A stretch of 63,151 nucleotides of DNA, counting the filler, from Octopus bimaculoides (Eukaryota): the NCBI RefSeq assembly GCF_001194135.2. It is 8 parts of 7 records of this genome, joined end to end, with 100 filler letters (N's around TTAATTAATTAA, not from the genome) between each part and the next. Parts side by side here need not be neighbours in the genome. Positions count along the whole stretch, not along the records: positions 11,696 to 27,409 come from NC_069004.1; positions 27,510 to 32,299 come from NC_068994.1; positions 32,400 to 46,763 come from NC_068997.1; 5 more parts are not named here. One strand, given 5' to 3'. Every line of letters starts with the position of its first letter. The first letter of the stretch is position 1. A program made the position numbers and the translations under genes. Below the pieces are notes generated by a model. That model was not told the DNA's origin. It saw only the letters and a program-made list of their open reading frames with translations, and searched no databases. Of the stretch, positions 24,915-37,100 are shown piece after piece.

Positions 24915-25190
24915 CTTGTCGTAAACCTACAAATGTCGTTCTACGAGAAACAATACGCGAATGCCGTTACTTGCTAAGAAAGAATGATATGACTGCCATA
25001 AAGCTAAAACTGCCATTCCACATGACTCAACGAAATGAATGTCGTAAAACTTTAATTATCGTTCCACGAGCATCAATGGAATGAACGCCGTAAAACAATA
25101 ACTGACGTTCTGTAAGAAACAATGAAATGAACACCGTAAATACTTCACTATAGATCCACATCAAAACCTGTATCAATGCCGTAAACCAAT
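24915..25190. repeat. Degenerate ~45-bp tandem repeat
   Basis: Recurring AATGAA(T/C)(G/A)(T/C)CGTAAA core at ~25034, 25080 and 25126, with looser copies at ~24916, 24932, 24960 and 25175. Confidence 0.5.
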
Positions 25191-25650
25191 CATTGGCATG
25201 TCATAGAGCCACACTAGAAAATACATGGAAAAATACGGATTTTAAAACCTTGAGAATATTGTTCTGCAACGCGCTGGTTTGTAGCATCAATAATCAACAG
25301 TAATCAACGAGCCGTTTTATGGAAGGTACTTCAACCGTTTTGCACGGCTGGGTTGGATTTTAATATCTATAGTAGTCTTACAAGATATACAGGGCAAGAT
25401 GTGTGCTTAGAGAGCAGAATAATTTATATTCCACGACACAACGTAGAGGAAATGTAGTGGAGACTCAATACCTTTATTCGTATACACTTCATTTCGACAA
25501 GATCTGTACTTAAGAGCAAACTTATAGAAACAGCAGACATGTTTAGATCTTCATTTAACGTATTACAGCAGTATAGTCAGTATTCAACTGGCAAATACAT
25601 TCACCGAGCAGTATGTATGCATATGTATGTATATATAACTATATCTGTAT

Positions 25651-25687
<37 letters not shown>

Positions 25688-25718
25688 CGTATGTATATGC
25701 ACACACAAACACACACAG

Positions 25719-25759
<41 letters not shown>

Positions 25760-26860
25760 ATTATATACTTATATGGCGATGGATAGATAGATAGATAGAT
25801 GGATGGATGGATACATACGTACAAACATATTTATATACGTAGATGCATACACACTAACATACACACGTACACAGAGAAAAACACACAGAAAACACACAAG
25901 CACACACGTACATGNNNNNNNNNNNNNNNNNNNNNNNNNNNNNNNNNNNNNNNNNNNNNNNNNNNNNNNNNNNNNNNNNNNNNNNNNNNNNNNNNNNNNN
26001 NNNNNNNNNNNNNNNNNNNNNNNNNNNNNNNNNNNNNNNNNNNNNNNNNNNNNNNNNNNNNNNNNNNNNNNNNNNNNNNNNNNNNNNNNNNNNNNNNNNN
26101 NNNNNNNNNNNNNNNNNNNNNNNNNNNNNNNNNNNNNNNNNNNNNNNNNNNNNNNNNNNNNNNNNNNNNNNNNNNNNNNNNNNNNNNNNNNNNNNNNNNN
26201 NNNNNNNNNNNNNNNNNNNNNNNNNNNNNNNNNNNNNNNNNNNNNNNNNNNNNNNNNNNNNNNNNNNNNNNNNNNNNNNNNNNNNNNNNNNNNNNNNNNN
26301 NNNNNNNNNNNNNNNNNNNNNNNNNNNNNNNNNNNNNNNNNNNNNNNNNNNNNNNNNNNNNNNNNNNNNNNNNNNNNNNNNNNNNNNNNNNNNNNNNNNN
26401 NNNNNNNNNNNNNNNNNNNNNNNNNNNNNNNNNNNNNNNNNNNNNNNNNNNNNNNNNNNNNNNNNNNNNNNNNNNNNNNNNNNNNNNNNNNNNNNNNNNN
26501 NNNNNNNNNNNNNNNNNNNNNNNNNNNNNNNNNNNNNNNNNNNNNNNNNNNNNNNNNNNNNNNNNNNNNNNNNNNNNNNNNNNNNNNNNNNNNNNNNNNN
26601 NNNNNNNNNNNNNNNNNNNNNNNNNNNNNNNNNNNNNNNNNNNNNNNNNNNNNNNNNNNNNNNNNNNNNNNNNNNNNNNNNNNNNNNNNNNNNNNNNNNN
26701 NNNNNNNNNNNNNNNNNNNNNNNNNNNNNNNNNNNNNNNNNNNNNNNNNNNNNNNNNNNNNNNNNNNNNNNNNNNNNNNNNNNNNNNNNNNNNNNNNNNN
26801 NNNNNNNNNNNNNNNNNNNNNNNNNNNNNNNNNNNNNNNNNNNNNNNNNNNNNNNNNNNN

Positions 26861-26907
<47 letters not shown>

Positions 26908-27297
26908 CATACAGCTGTATAATGCACATTTGCTAGAACAATTTCTACCCACAGCCATATGTACAACGATATACATACAAACATACATGCGTACATACGA
27001 ATATACATACATACATATCTGCAAACACACACACTGTGGAGACACACATACCCTTGAGCCGTAATGAACGTTGAAACTACTGTAGAAACTAACTACACAC
27101 ATACATACACACAAACATAGGCACACGGAAAACAAACCTACGTGTGCAGGTATATACTGATACGTATGTATTACGAGTGCGTGTATACCTGTGTATGTAC
27201 GGTTAGCCTGTATATTTATGTAAGCATATACACACAGGAAGAGGCAGTAAGTTAACTTGAATTATGGCTGCAAATATATATATATATATATATATAT

Positions 27298-27357
<60 letters not shown>

Positions 27358-27531
27358 ATACATATACATATGTATATATATACACACACACATATATATA
27401 TATATATATNNNNNNNNNNNNNNNNNNNNNNNNNNNNNNNNNNNNNNNNNNNNTTAATTAATTAANNNNNNNNNNNNNNNNNNNNNNNNNNNNNNNNNNN
27501 NNNNNNNNNTATATATATATATATATATACA

Positions 27532-27566
<35 letters not shown>

Positions 27567-28964
27567 GTGTATGTTCGAACGCCTCAGTGAGCCATTAGAA
27601 GCAGTGAAGCAGCTGTTCTCAAAGGTAAGATCCAAATTGAAGAACACAAGAATACACTTGAGTCTGAATATTTGTGCGCGCGCGCGCGTGGTTGTTGGAA
27701 AATCGATGGCTGTGGGGTCAGAGAAAGAGGAGGTGGGTTGGTGCGCGGGTGAAAGGAGCCCTCCATGTTTTTTCTTTACTTGTTTTACCTGTAATTATCG
27801 TTGATATATGTTGGTTTAACTACACCTCTCCTAAGATCATCATAACATATTGGTGGCGTATTCACCCATTCATCATCATCATCAACATTGTAGTCGACAA
27901 CAACAACAACAACAACAACGATGACACTGTGACCTGCCAACAAAGGAACTTGTATGTGGTTTATAGGCTGGCTAGTAATAGCAGACAAATCTTTCTTGAA
28001 TCCCTCTTAAAAATTAAAGGACACTGGATAATTTAACCGGAGGTAGGCTATTCCAAAGAAACAGGAAGTCGCGATGGTCACGGCCGGAATAACCATAGAA
28101 TCACGAGAAGACCGACGACAACGACAAAAATATCGACAACTGCAATTAAAAGGGAGGATTCAATGTTTGAGCCTTTATTGGATAACTCGATCTGCTAGAA
28201 ATAACACCTAAAGTCTCTCAAATCACACTACGGTCTTGCAGATAGTGGAAGGACACTTTGGATGGTGTAGTCCTAGGCATATTTGGATTAAGTGGATGAT
28301 GGGACACGACGCCTTTGATTGGAAGTTTTCTGGATCGGGCTAACATCTGGGGTTGCATCACATCTTCATCATCAGTAGCAACAACAACAACAACAACAAC
28401 AATTACTACAATCTCAACGCTACCAGCTAAAAATAATCGCCGCTGCCGCTACCACCATCACCCGCGGCAGTCACAACAAACAACCAAAAGCCATCGGCCA
28501 AAACAACCGTTACCACGACGACGACGACCACCACGATGACAGCGACCACTACCACCACCACCACTGCTGCTGCTGCTACGAGTATCACTGCTATCACCAT
28601 CATTGCTGCCACTACCACCAATACGACCACCACTTTCTTTCTTTCTTTCTTGTCTGTCTGTTTCTTTTTCTTAAACAAGAAACTGTATACAATTTTNNNN
28701 NNNNNNNNNNNNNNNNNNNNNNNNNNNNNNNNNNNNNNNNNNNNNNNNNNNNNNNNNNNNNNNNNNNNNNNNNNNNNNNNNNNNNNNNNNNNNNNNNNNN
28801 NNNNNNNNNNNNNNNNNNNNNNNNNNNNNNNNNNNGGATCGAAACGTCAAAGACTCTTCATTTTCCCTGAGTGCCAAGTTAACCAGTCTTCTCTTTTCTT
28901 GCTTTTTGTGCCGTTACGAAACACACACACACATCATATATAAAACTTTTACAAAGAAAAGATT

Positions 28965-29010
28965 GATAGTGACTTCAAAGTTTCGGCTTGCTGGCCTTCG
29001 TCAGACCGTA
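28965..29010 (-). ncRNA. Type I minimal hammerhead ribozyme (PLE type), weak stem I
   Basis: Minus strand TACGGT-CTGACGA-A-GGC-CAGCAA-GCC-GAAA-CTTTGAAG-TC-ACTATC. Intact core, 3-bp stem II, stem III ACTT/AAGT, GUC triplet, and stem I with 4 of 5 pairs. Confidence 0.65.
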
Positions 29011-29639
29011 GGACTGGCGTGAAGTGCAAGAGTTGCACTTTGTGGGGTGGGGCTGGCTAATGGCGTAAAAAGATCCCCCGGGGGCAGCAAAAAGATCTAC
29101 TTTGTAAGACTGGTTTACGGCAGGTTTAAACTGACATCAAATTGACGCGACCATATCAGATTGAAATAGTGACCCATCCCTTTTGGCGTAGGTGTCCTCT
29201 CGAGACGTTATAATCTTAAAACTGTTTTGGAGAAATGATGGATTATAGTACCTAATCATAATTTTGTTGTTGTTGCTGTTGCTTAGCCCTGGGTCAATAT
29301 CGACCAGGTAGATCTCTGATCAGGAACATTTCAGATTTGGCCATCCCGCCATTTTTTTTTAGAGTATTTAAAAAACTACATTATCTGAAACCATGACTAA
29401 GCAAATTATTAATTCCTGGACAAACTATCCTTGTTGTGCAAAACCCTAGACATTTGCGGGAAGGGGAACAATCGATTATATCGATTACATGTTTCTGATA
29501 AGAATGCGAGCAATTATATACCCGTGATCATCCTTCATCGGCGGATGTAAAATTGGTTAGCATACGAGTGTTGACTATTTAATATACACACTGGCCAAGG
29601 ATGGTATTTTTTAAGAAAACCGAACTGCAGGAATTTATC

Positions 29640-30098
29640 CAAATGAATAAAACTAACAAACAGACAGACACACACACACCCTGTTGATGTTGTTGAAATT
29701 CCAATGAAGGCGCCTTGGATCTCGGTTAGAAATCTTGAAGTAAAACTGAATAATAACATACATGCTGAGTCCTCCTCCGGCCATGACTGACCAGGGGATC
29801 GCACCTAGAAAGTTACCCTCCCAGGCACAAATCCGGGCAAGGTTGTTTTTTATGGAAGACCATGCATACCGGTCTCCCATCTCCACGCCACCAGTGTTAT
29901 CCCAGGGAAGGGCAAAGGGGCCGATACTGCTTGGAACCAGTGATGTCGCAACTCATTTTTACAGCGGAGTGAACTGGAGCAACGTGAAATAAAGTCTCTT
30001 GCTCCAAGAACACAACACGCAGCCCGGTCCGGGATTCGAACTCACAACCTCGCGATCGTAAGCTCGACGCTCTAGCCACTGAGCCATGCGCCTTCACA
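29640..30098 (-). mobile_element. tRNA-derived SINE family C, long copy
   Basis: Well-preserved tRNA-like head GGCGCATGGCTCAGTGGCTAGAGCG..GAGTTCGAATCCCGG on the minus strand, followed by the family C body. Confidence 0.75.
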
Positions 30099-30303
30099 CA
30101 TACATACATACATACATACATACATGTATTAATATTAATAGGAGCACTTGTTTTAGTGACTAAATACCTACGTGACACGCTGGAAACGTAAACGGAACTG
30201 ACAGAATATGCAAGACATTCCAAAGACGGATCTTTGGATCTTTGTAAGAAATAAGTTCCTTCCTTACAGGAAGACTTCAAATAAGTAAAAGTATTTAGAA
30301 AAG

Positions 30304-30346
<43 letters not shown>

Positions 30347-30864
30347 ATGCCTATACACATTCTCACGTTCTCTTGTTTGTTTTATTTTCATTAATGAAAG
30401 AAATCATGATCAATATCTCTTCTTGATTAAATTCATTGAAATGATGCTGGTAAAAGAACGCAGCTAACGAGAAATTCTGATTGCTATCTCAATCAGTTAC
30501 CCGACGAGCTTCAAACAGACACACACATATGTGTGTGTGTATATATATATGTGTGTGTGTGTGTGTGTGCATGTGTCTTCTCTTCTATTTTTAGCTATTT
30601 GAAATCACACACACACACACCCAAAGAGCTATATATACATATTTCATTTACGTGAGCATATGTCTGTATGAAGAATGTTAAGCACATACATACATACAGA
30701 CAGACAGACAGACAGACAGACAGAAATGCAAATTCGGAAGAAGGCCATGAATCATTTTGTGACAAGGGGCACGCTCGTTTAAGTCGCCCGAACGATGACA
30801 CGGTAGCGAAAAATTCTGAGTAGCGTTGTACCGAATCATCCGCTTCTTCCAAATAAATAACTCG

Positions 30865-30896
<32 letters not shown>

Positions 30897-31404
30897 GGTA
30901 TAAGTTAGAAGTTTTAAAGCCTCTAAGGGNNNNNNNNNNNNNNNNNNNNNNNNNNNNNNNNNNNNNNNNNNNNNNNNNNNNNNNNNNNNNNNNNNNNNNN
31001 NNNNNNNNNNNNNNNNNNNNNNNNNNNNNNNNNNNNNNNNNNNNNNNNNNNNNNNNNNNNNNNNNNNNNNNNNNNNNNNNNNNNNNNNNNNNNNNNNNNN
31101 NNNNNNNNNNNNNNNNNNNNNNNNNNNNNNNNNNNNNNNNNNNNNNNNNNNNNNNNNNNNNNNNNNNNNNNNNNNNNNNNNNNNNNNNNNNNNNNNNNNN
31201 NNNNNNNNNNNNNNNNNNNNNNNNNNNNNNNNNNNNNNNNNNNNNNNNNNNNNNNNNNNNNNNNNNNNNNNNNNNNNNNNNNNNNNNNNNNNNNNNNNNN
31301 NNNNNNNNNNNNNNNNNNNNNNNNNNNNNNNNNNNNNNNNNNNNNNNNNNNNNNNNNNNNNNNNNNNNNNNNNNNNNNNNNNNNNNNNNNNNNNNNNNNN
31401 NNNN

Positions 31405-31612
31405 TGTATGTGTATGTGTTTGTGTGTCTGTGTTTGTCCCCCCCCCCAACATCGCTTGACAACCGATGCTGGTGTGTTTATTTCTCCGTTACTTAGCGGT
31501 TCGGCAAAAGGGTATAAGTACTAGGCTTACTTAGAATCCTGGGGTCTATTTGCTCGACTAAAGGCGGTGCTCCAGCATGGCCACAGTCAAATGACTGAAA
31601 CAAGTAAAAGAG
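31405..31612 (+). mobile_element. SINE family A 3' half (5' half lies in the gap)
   Basis: TTTGTCCCCCCCCAACATCGCTTGACAACCGATGCTGG..GGCGGTGCTCCAGCATGGCCACAGTCAAATGACTGAAACAAGTAAAAGAG. Confidence 0.8.
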
Positions 31613-32016
31613 GAACGGATAAATGTGCCGAAACACCGACACTTTTATACCCAGCCAAAGAAGACTGCCTAATGAAGAAAACTATATCTCAAAATGTTCA
31701 ATGTGGAATTAAATTCCTCGACGTATAATTACCTGGTAATTAAACACACATGTACTTTACATTACACATCTTAATTAGTTTTAACGCGGTATTTTTTTCC
31801 AATAAAGTTTCTCAACAAGTTTTTGAAATTACGAATTGAGCTGCAGCAGATGTTTATATCAGAACTGGTCGATGTCTGAGTTTAGTTAAACGTATTTTCG
31901 TTTTCCGTCTGAGGAACGGACGATACACCGAGGAAAGCCCCCGAGTAGAAGAGAAGCAAGCTACTGAATCAGCCAAAAACACCCCCCCCCATTAAAAAAA
32001 AAACGTATGTATATTG

Positions 32017-32049
<33 letters not shown>

Positions 32050-32265
32050 CATACATACGTATGTATGTGTGTATACACACAATTTTAACGTTATCTTTTC
32101 TATGCTTGCATAAGTGGGACCAAGATTTACTGAGGCAGATTTTCTACGGCCGGATGTACTTTCTGTCGCCAACCCTCACCTGTTGATATGCTTTCGTAGA
32201 ATATTGGAAATGAATTTACAACATTACGAGATGTCAAGACAAGAAAACACACACACACACCACAC

Positions 32266-32299
<34 letters not shown>

Positions 32300-32399
32300 N
32301 NNNNNNNNNNNNNNNNNNNNNNNNNNNNNNNNNNNNNNNNNNNTTAATTAATTAANNNNNNNNNNNNNNNNNNNNNNNNNNNNNNNNNNNNNNNNNNNN

Positions 32400-32431
<32 letters not shown>

Positions 32432-34155
32432 ATATTATAATATCGAAATATAAAAATAAAAAATAAAAATATAAGATTCAGGTAAAAAGTGAAAAAAGTG
32501 AAAGAGGTGAAAGAACTTAATATGGAAGCCTATCAGTGCCGCCCATCAGCACAAAATATTAAAAAATATAAATAAAAAATATATATATAAAGTATAAGAA
32601 ATAATTATAGAGGCATAAAATATATATGTAATAGGAAGCAAGTCCAATCTGTAGCCTCAGGGGGACCAAAAACGTAACAAATATTTAGTCACATGCGGAC
32701 ATGATCCGAAGAGTTCAGTCTTTGAATTTAGACATGTGGTAGGGTCCAAGCTGCCTTTCCAGATAAGCCATCTTTCAATATCACACATGATATGATGGCA
32801 TCAGAAACTCGGTGTTTTATCATGGCTACTGAATAAGTGTCACATATTTTTACAGATATATATATATATATATATATATAAACAAATGATAAATGAGTAT
32901 ATGCATATATACGTACAGGTATGTGCATACCTACGTCTACCTGTATATATAGGTGCATATCTGGGTACAGGACATTACAAACAAAACGTAGACAAGAAAA
33001 TAATAATAACCAGATTACAGAAAACACACAAGCCACATAGAGAACATTTTCCTTCATCAGCTACCCCCGTTTTAACACCGGCGTTTCGAAGAGTTGGGCA
33101 GGACGCATCGTTAAAACGGATCTTCCCATATATATATATTATTGTTGTTGTTGTTTTTTCTACCAGTAATTACAAATAAAACAGGGTGAATTGCTTCTTT
33201 TCAAGGCCAAGTTCAGTGCTCCCATTGTTGGATGATAGTAGTAAATGCATTTGACATCTACTGACCCAAAGGGGGGCAAAGATTCTTTTGTCTTCTATTG
33301 CTGACCTCCTCACCATCTGCCAAATCTATTTATAGACCTGTAGAATTTGATCTAATCACCACGCTGCTACTCTACCCCCAACTATTTCCTTCAACTACCA
33401 CATATTTATATCTCAAGTACAAGATAAAAGTTGAAAATATAGAAATTTAATAAAACCTTTTAATAATAAATGGAAATAGTAATAATGAAAATAACAATAG
33501 TAGTGGTGGTGATGGGATAATGATAATAATAAAAATAATAATAATATGCTACTACTATTCTGATAGCACAAGAATCTGAAGCCCAACTCCCACTACTACC
33601 ACTACCCCCACCCCTGCTATTGTTGTTGTTGCTGCCACCACTGCTGCTACTACACATAGAAACAACAATAAAGGCAGTAATTGACAATAGCAATAGAAGA
33701 CTGAAGAAGACTGCCCAGCAAAGAGAGGAAGGACAGCAACAACTGATACAAGAATATCAACGGCACAGGAAGTAAGAAAAATCTACCACCCTCTTAGAAC
33801 CTGTGGTTAGAGAACATAGCCTAGCTAGTGACAAAAAAACAACATTGAAAAAAGAAGTTATTGCTACAAAAATAGTTAAGCTACCAAAATAAGGACAAAA
33901 GCAACGATCTTAGTCTTCATACGCTGAGCCTGTTCACCGAAGAAGATTACAAGTGAGCAATGGACTCTCTGGAAAGTCGTTCTGCATGACAGAAAGAGTA
34001 GTTACATCTCTTTTAAATTACAACTAACATCACTAAGGAAGGCCAGATCAAATAGTATAATTTTCTATGCAGCTATTCATGTGAGTAGTGCTGGAAATTG
34101 GTGCCACCTCTGCCCTGCATAAGCCTGTGTAACCTCTGAGTCTGTTAATATAACT

Positions 34156-37100
34156 ATGACAAATAGTAAAAAAATAAATAAAAACAATATCAGTGATATT
34201 AGTGATGATAATAGTAACAATAATAATGAAAAGAAATGGGTGGAATCTCCTCATGTCCTGATTAATGACACATCTCGTGATGATGTCACAATGAAAACAC
34301 TGTTAATTGCACGACCTGATAATTGCTACCTCATATGAGTGACAATGAAAAAGCAAAATATTGTGAATGAAACTGAATCCATTGATGGTGACAATATTGC
34401 ACCCAGTAGGCTCACAGATTCTGGTCCAGCTCCAGCCTGTCGATATTCAGAGAGGGACCATTACACACAGCGTAGATGGAGCAAGTAAATTAATGCTGTG
34501 GTCATGGAGTGTTACTACCTGAGCAGCCTGGTAGATGAAAATGGTGCTCAAATTAGGGTTTACCGACAACACATGTATGGTTATTGGAGAGAGAAGGGAA
34601 AGTTTCAACTCACAGAACAGAGATAATGTGATCAAGCTAGAACAATGAGAAAAAATCGTTGGTTCATAGAAGTAGAGCTCAAAGCTATCAAAAGACAGGT
34701 ATTAGAAAATAGTAGCAGAGATATCGATAAAAATACAGTTCTTACTAAGAAGAGTAATCTCATAGCACAGGAAAGGAGCAGTGGAAGTCTACTTCATGAG
34801 AGACAACATCACAGAAACAAATAATTTGATCAAGGCAGCAAGTTTTGTTGTAGCAGAAAACATGGGTGTTGATGTCAAGCAAAAGAAATATAATGGGAGT
34901 AACAAAAGAAAAGATCCATAGTGGAAAAGAAGAATACGGGCAGGGTTAGATATGCTCTCAAAGGACATTTCTGTGTTACACTGAAAAGAGAAGGGGAGCT
35001 TAAAAGCAAACAAAAGTACAGGGCACTGAACTGGAAGTATAATATTGAAAGTAAGGGGCCTGAAAGTGGTAATGGAGGAACTAAAGCAGCCCCTCGTTGC
35101 AAAGAAAGCAAAGATAGTAAGACATGACCAAAGAATGAAGGGATACCAGCAGAATAGGTTGTTCAGAGTAGACCAGAAGAAATTCTATAAAGAAATAAAT
35201 GGAGAGTATACAGATGAAAAGTTGATACCAGATAACACTGCAAGTCAAAGGTTTTGGAGTGACATCTGGAGCAAAGACAAGGAGAACAAGAAGGATGCTG
35301 AATGGTTGCAAGAACTGAAACAAAAAGTAGTCTGTCCAAAACAGGTAGAACTAGTCATTTCAGTTAGGGAAGTGAAGGAAATCAGCAAAAAACTGAGCAT
35401 CTGGGAGGCCCCGGGACCAGGTGGAGATCAAGGCTACTGGATCAAAAGATTTGGTGAATATCATGCACGAATAGCTGTGCAACTCAACACCTTGTTAAAT
35501 GCCAACCAAGTAACACCAGAGTGGTTGACATTGGATAAGACTGTGTTGTGCTTGAAAAACATCGAAAAAGGCAATACAGTAGACAATTACAGGCTGATAT
35601 CTTGTTTGCCACTTATGTGGAAATTATTGACTGGAATACTCGCGGAGTCAATGTATGAACATCTTTGAAAAAATGGAGTCTTGTCACATGAACAGAAGGG
35701 TTGCAAGCGTAAGTCCAGAGGTACCAAGGATCAATTCCTGATAGACAAAACTGTACTTAGAGACGGCAAGAGGAGAAAAATAAAATTAGGCATGTCATGG
35801 ATCAACTATCATAAGGTGTACGAAAAGATTCCACATTCTTGGATTATGGAATGTATGAACCTATCTGGTACTGCAGTGAATGTTGAGTGATTGCTTGGAG
35901 AAAGTATGGCAAATTGGAGGATGAACCTGACTGCATACAGAAGAAGATTAGGGACAGTAGAAATCAGGAGGGGCATCTTCCAAGGGGACTGCCTGTCTCC
36001 ACTGATCTTTGTACTGTGCTTGATACCACTGACACTGATTCTGAGGAAAGCAAAAGCTGGGTATGCATTCAAAAACCACCAACAAAAAGTCAACAATTTG
36101 TTATTCATGGATGATCTCAATCTTTATGGCAAAGATGAAGCCCAAGTCAGTTCCCTCGTTGATACTGTGTATACTTTCAGTGCCAATTATTAGAATGGCA
36201 TTCGGACTGAGAAAGTGTGGTGTGTTAGACTTGAAGAGAGGCAAGATCAAATGTATGGACGGGCTAACAATACCGTCGGGTGAGGTTATGAAGCAGATAG
36301 AAGAGATGGGCTGTAAGTACTGGGAGTTTTGGAAATGGATAAATTGGTGGATAAAGAAATGACAGAAAAGTTTAAGGTGGAGTACTTACGCAGACTGAGA
36401 CTGATCCTAAAGTCGAAATTAAATGGACAGAATAAGATCAAAGCTATCAACATTTGGGCAGTTTCACTCCTTAGATATAGAGCAGGGGTAATCGCATGGA
36501 CAGTAGACAAAGTAAACAGCTTAGACAGGAAGACAAGGAAGTTGCTAACTTCATATGGGTCACTCCACACAAAAAGTGATACAGACAGATTGTATGTACC
36601 AAGAAAAAGAGGGGGAAGAGGAATTATAGGATGCAAACACAGCATTAGAGCAGAGGAAAACAACATAGCATGGAATGTAAAAAATGACACAGAACTGCTA
36701 TTATTAGCATCTTCTGGCTTAAAATCACAGACGGAAGGGCTTATCATAGCAGTCCAAAATCAAGGCCTACTTACAAGAAGCTACCAGACTAACATCTTAA
36801 AGAATGGCAGTAGACCAACATGTCATGTATGCAAATAACAAATGCAATTATCGATCATGTTGTCTCCATGTACAGCCTTCTTGCACCTACAGAGTATCTC
36901 AACAGCAATGATAGAGCAGCACAGTATATTTACTGGGTAATTTGCAAAGAATTGGACCTGACCCATGATAAAATCTGATAGGAACACTAACCAGTGCTTG
37001 AAATGATCACATCTCACATTATATAGAAGGAAGTAAAAAATCATGCTTCCTCATTGATATGACTGTCACAATCGACATAAATGTATCTGTTAAGACTTAC

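Noticed and set aside
1402-27135. Long ORFs of 250-430 aa in the ORF track
   Set aside because: They are open only because they cross N runs and (TA)/(CA) microsatellites.
30025-30098. tRNA gene-like sequence on the minus strand (also 60246-60320)
   Set aside because: The acceptor and anticodon stems do not pair properly, and the sequence continues into a SINE body found elsewhere in the window. It is a SINE head.
31909-31950. CTGAGGA-A-CGG..CCG-AG-GAAA motif; also CTGATGA at ~60056
   Set aside because: Extra bases before GAAA (or no GAAA) and no stem I or III support.
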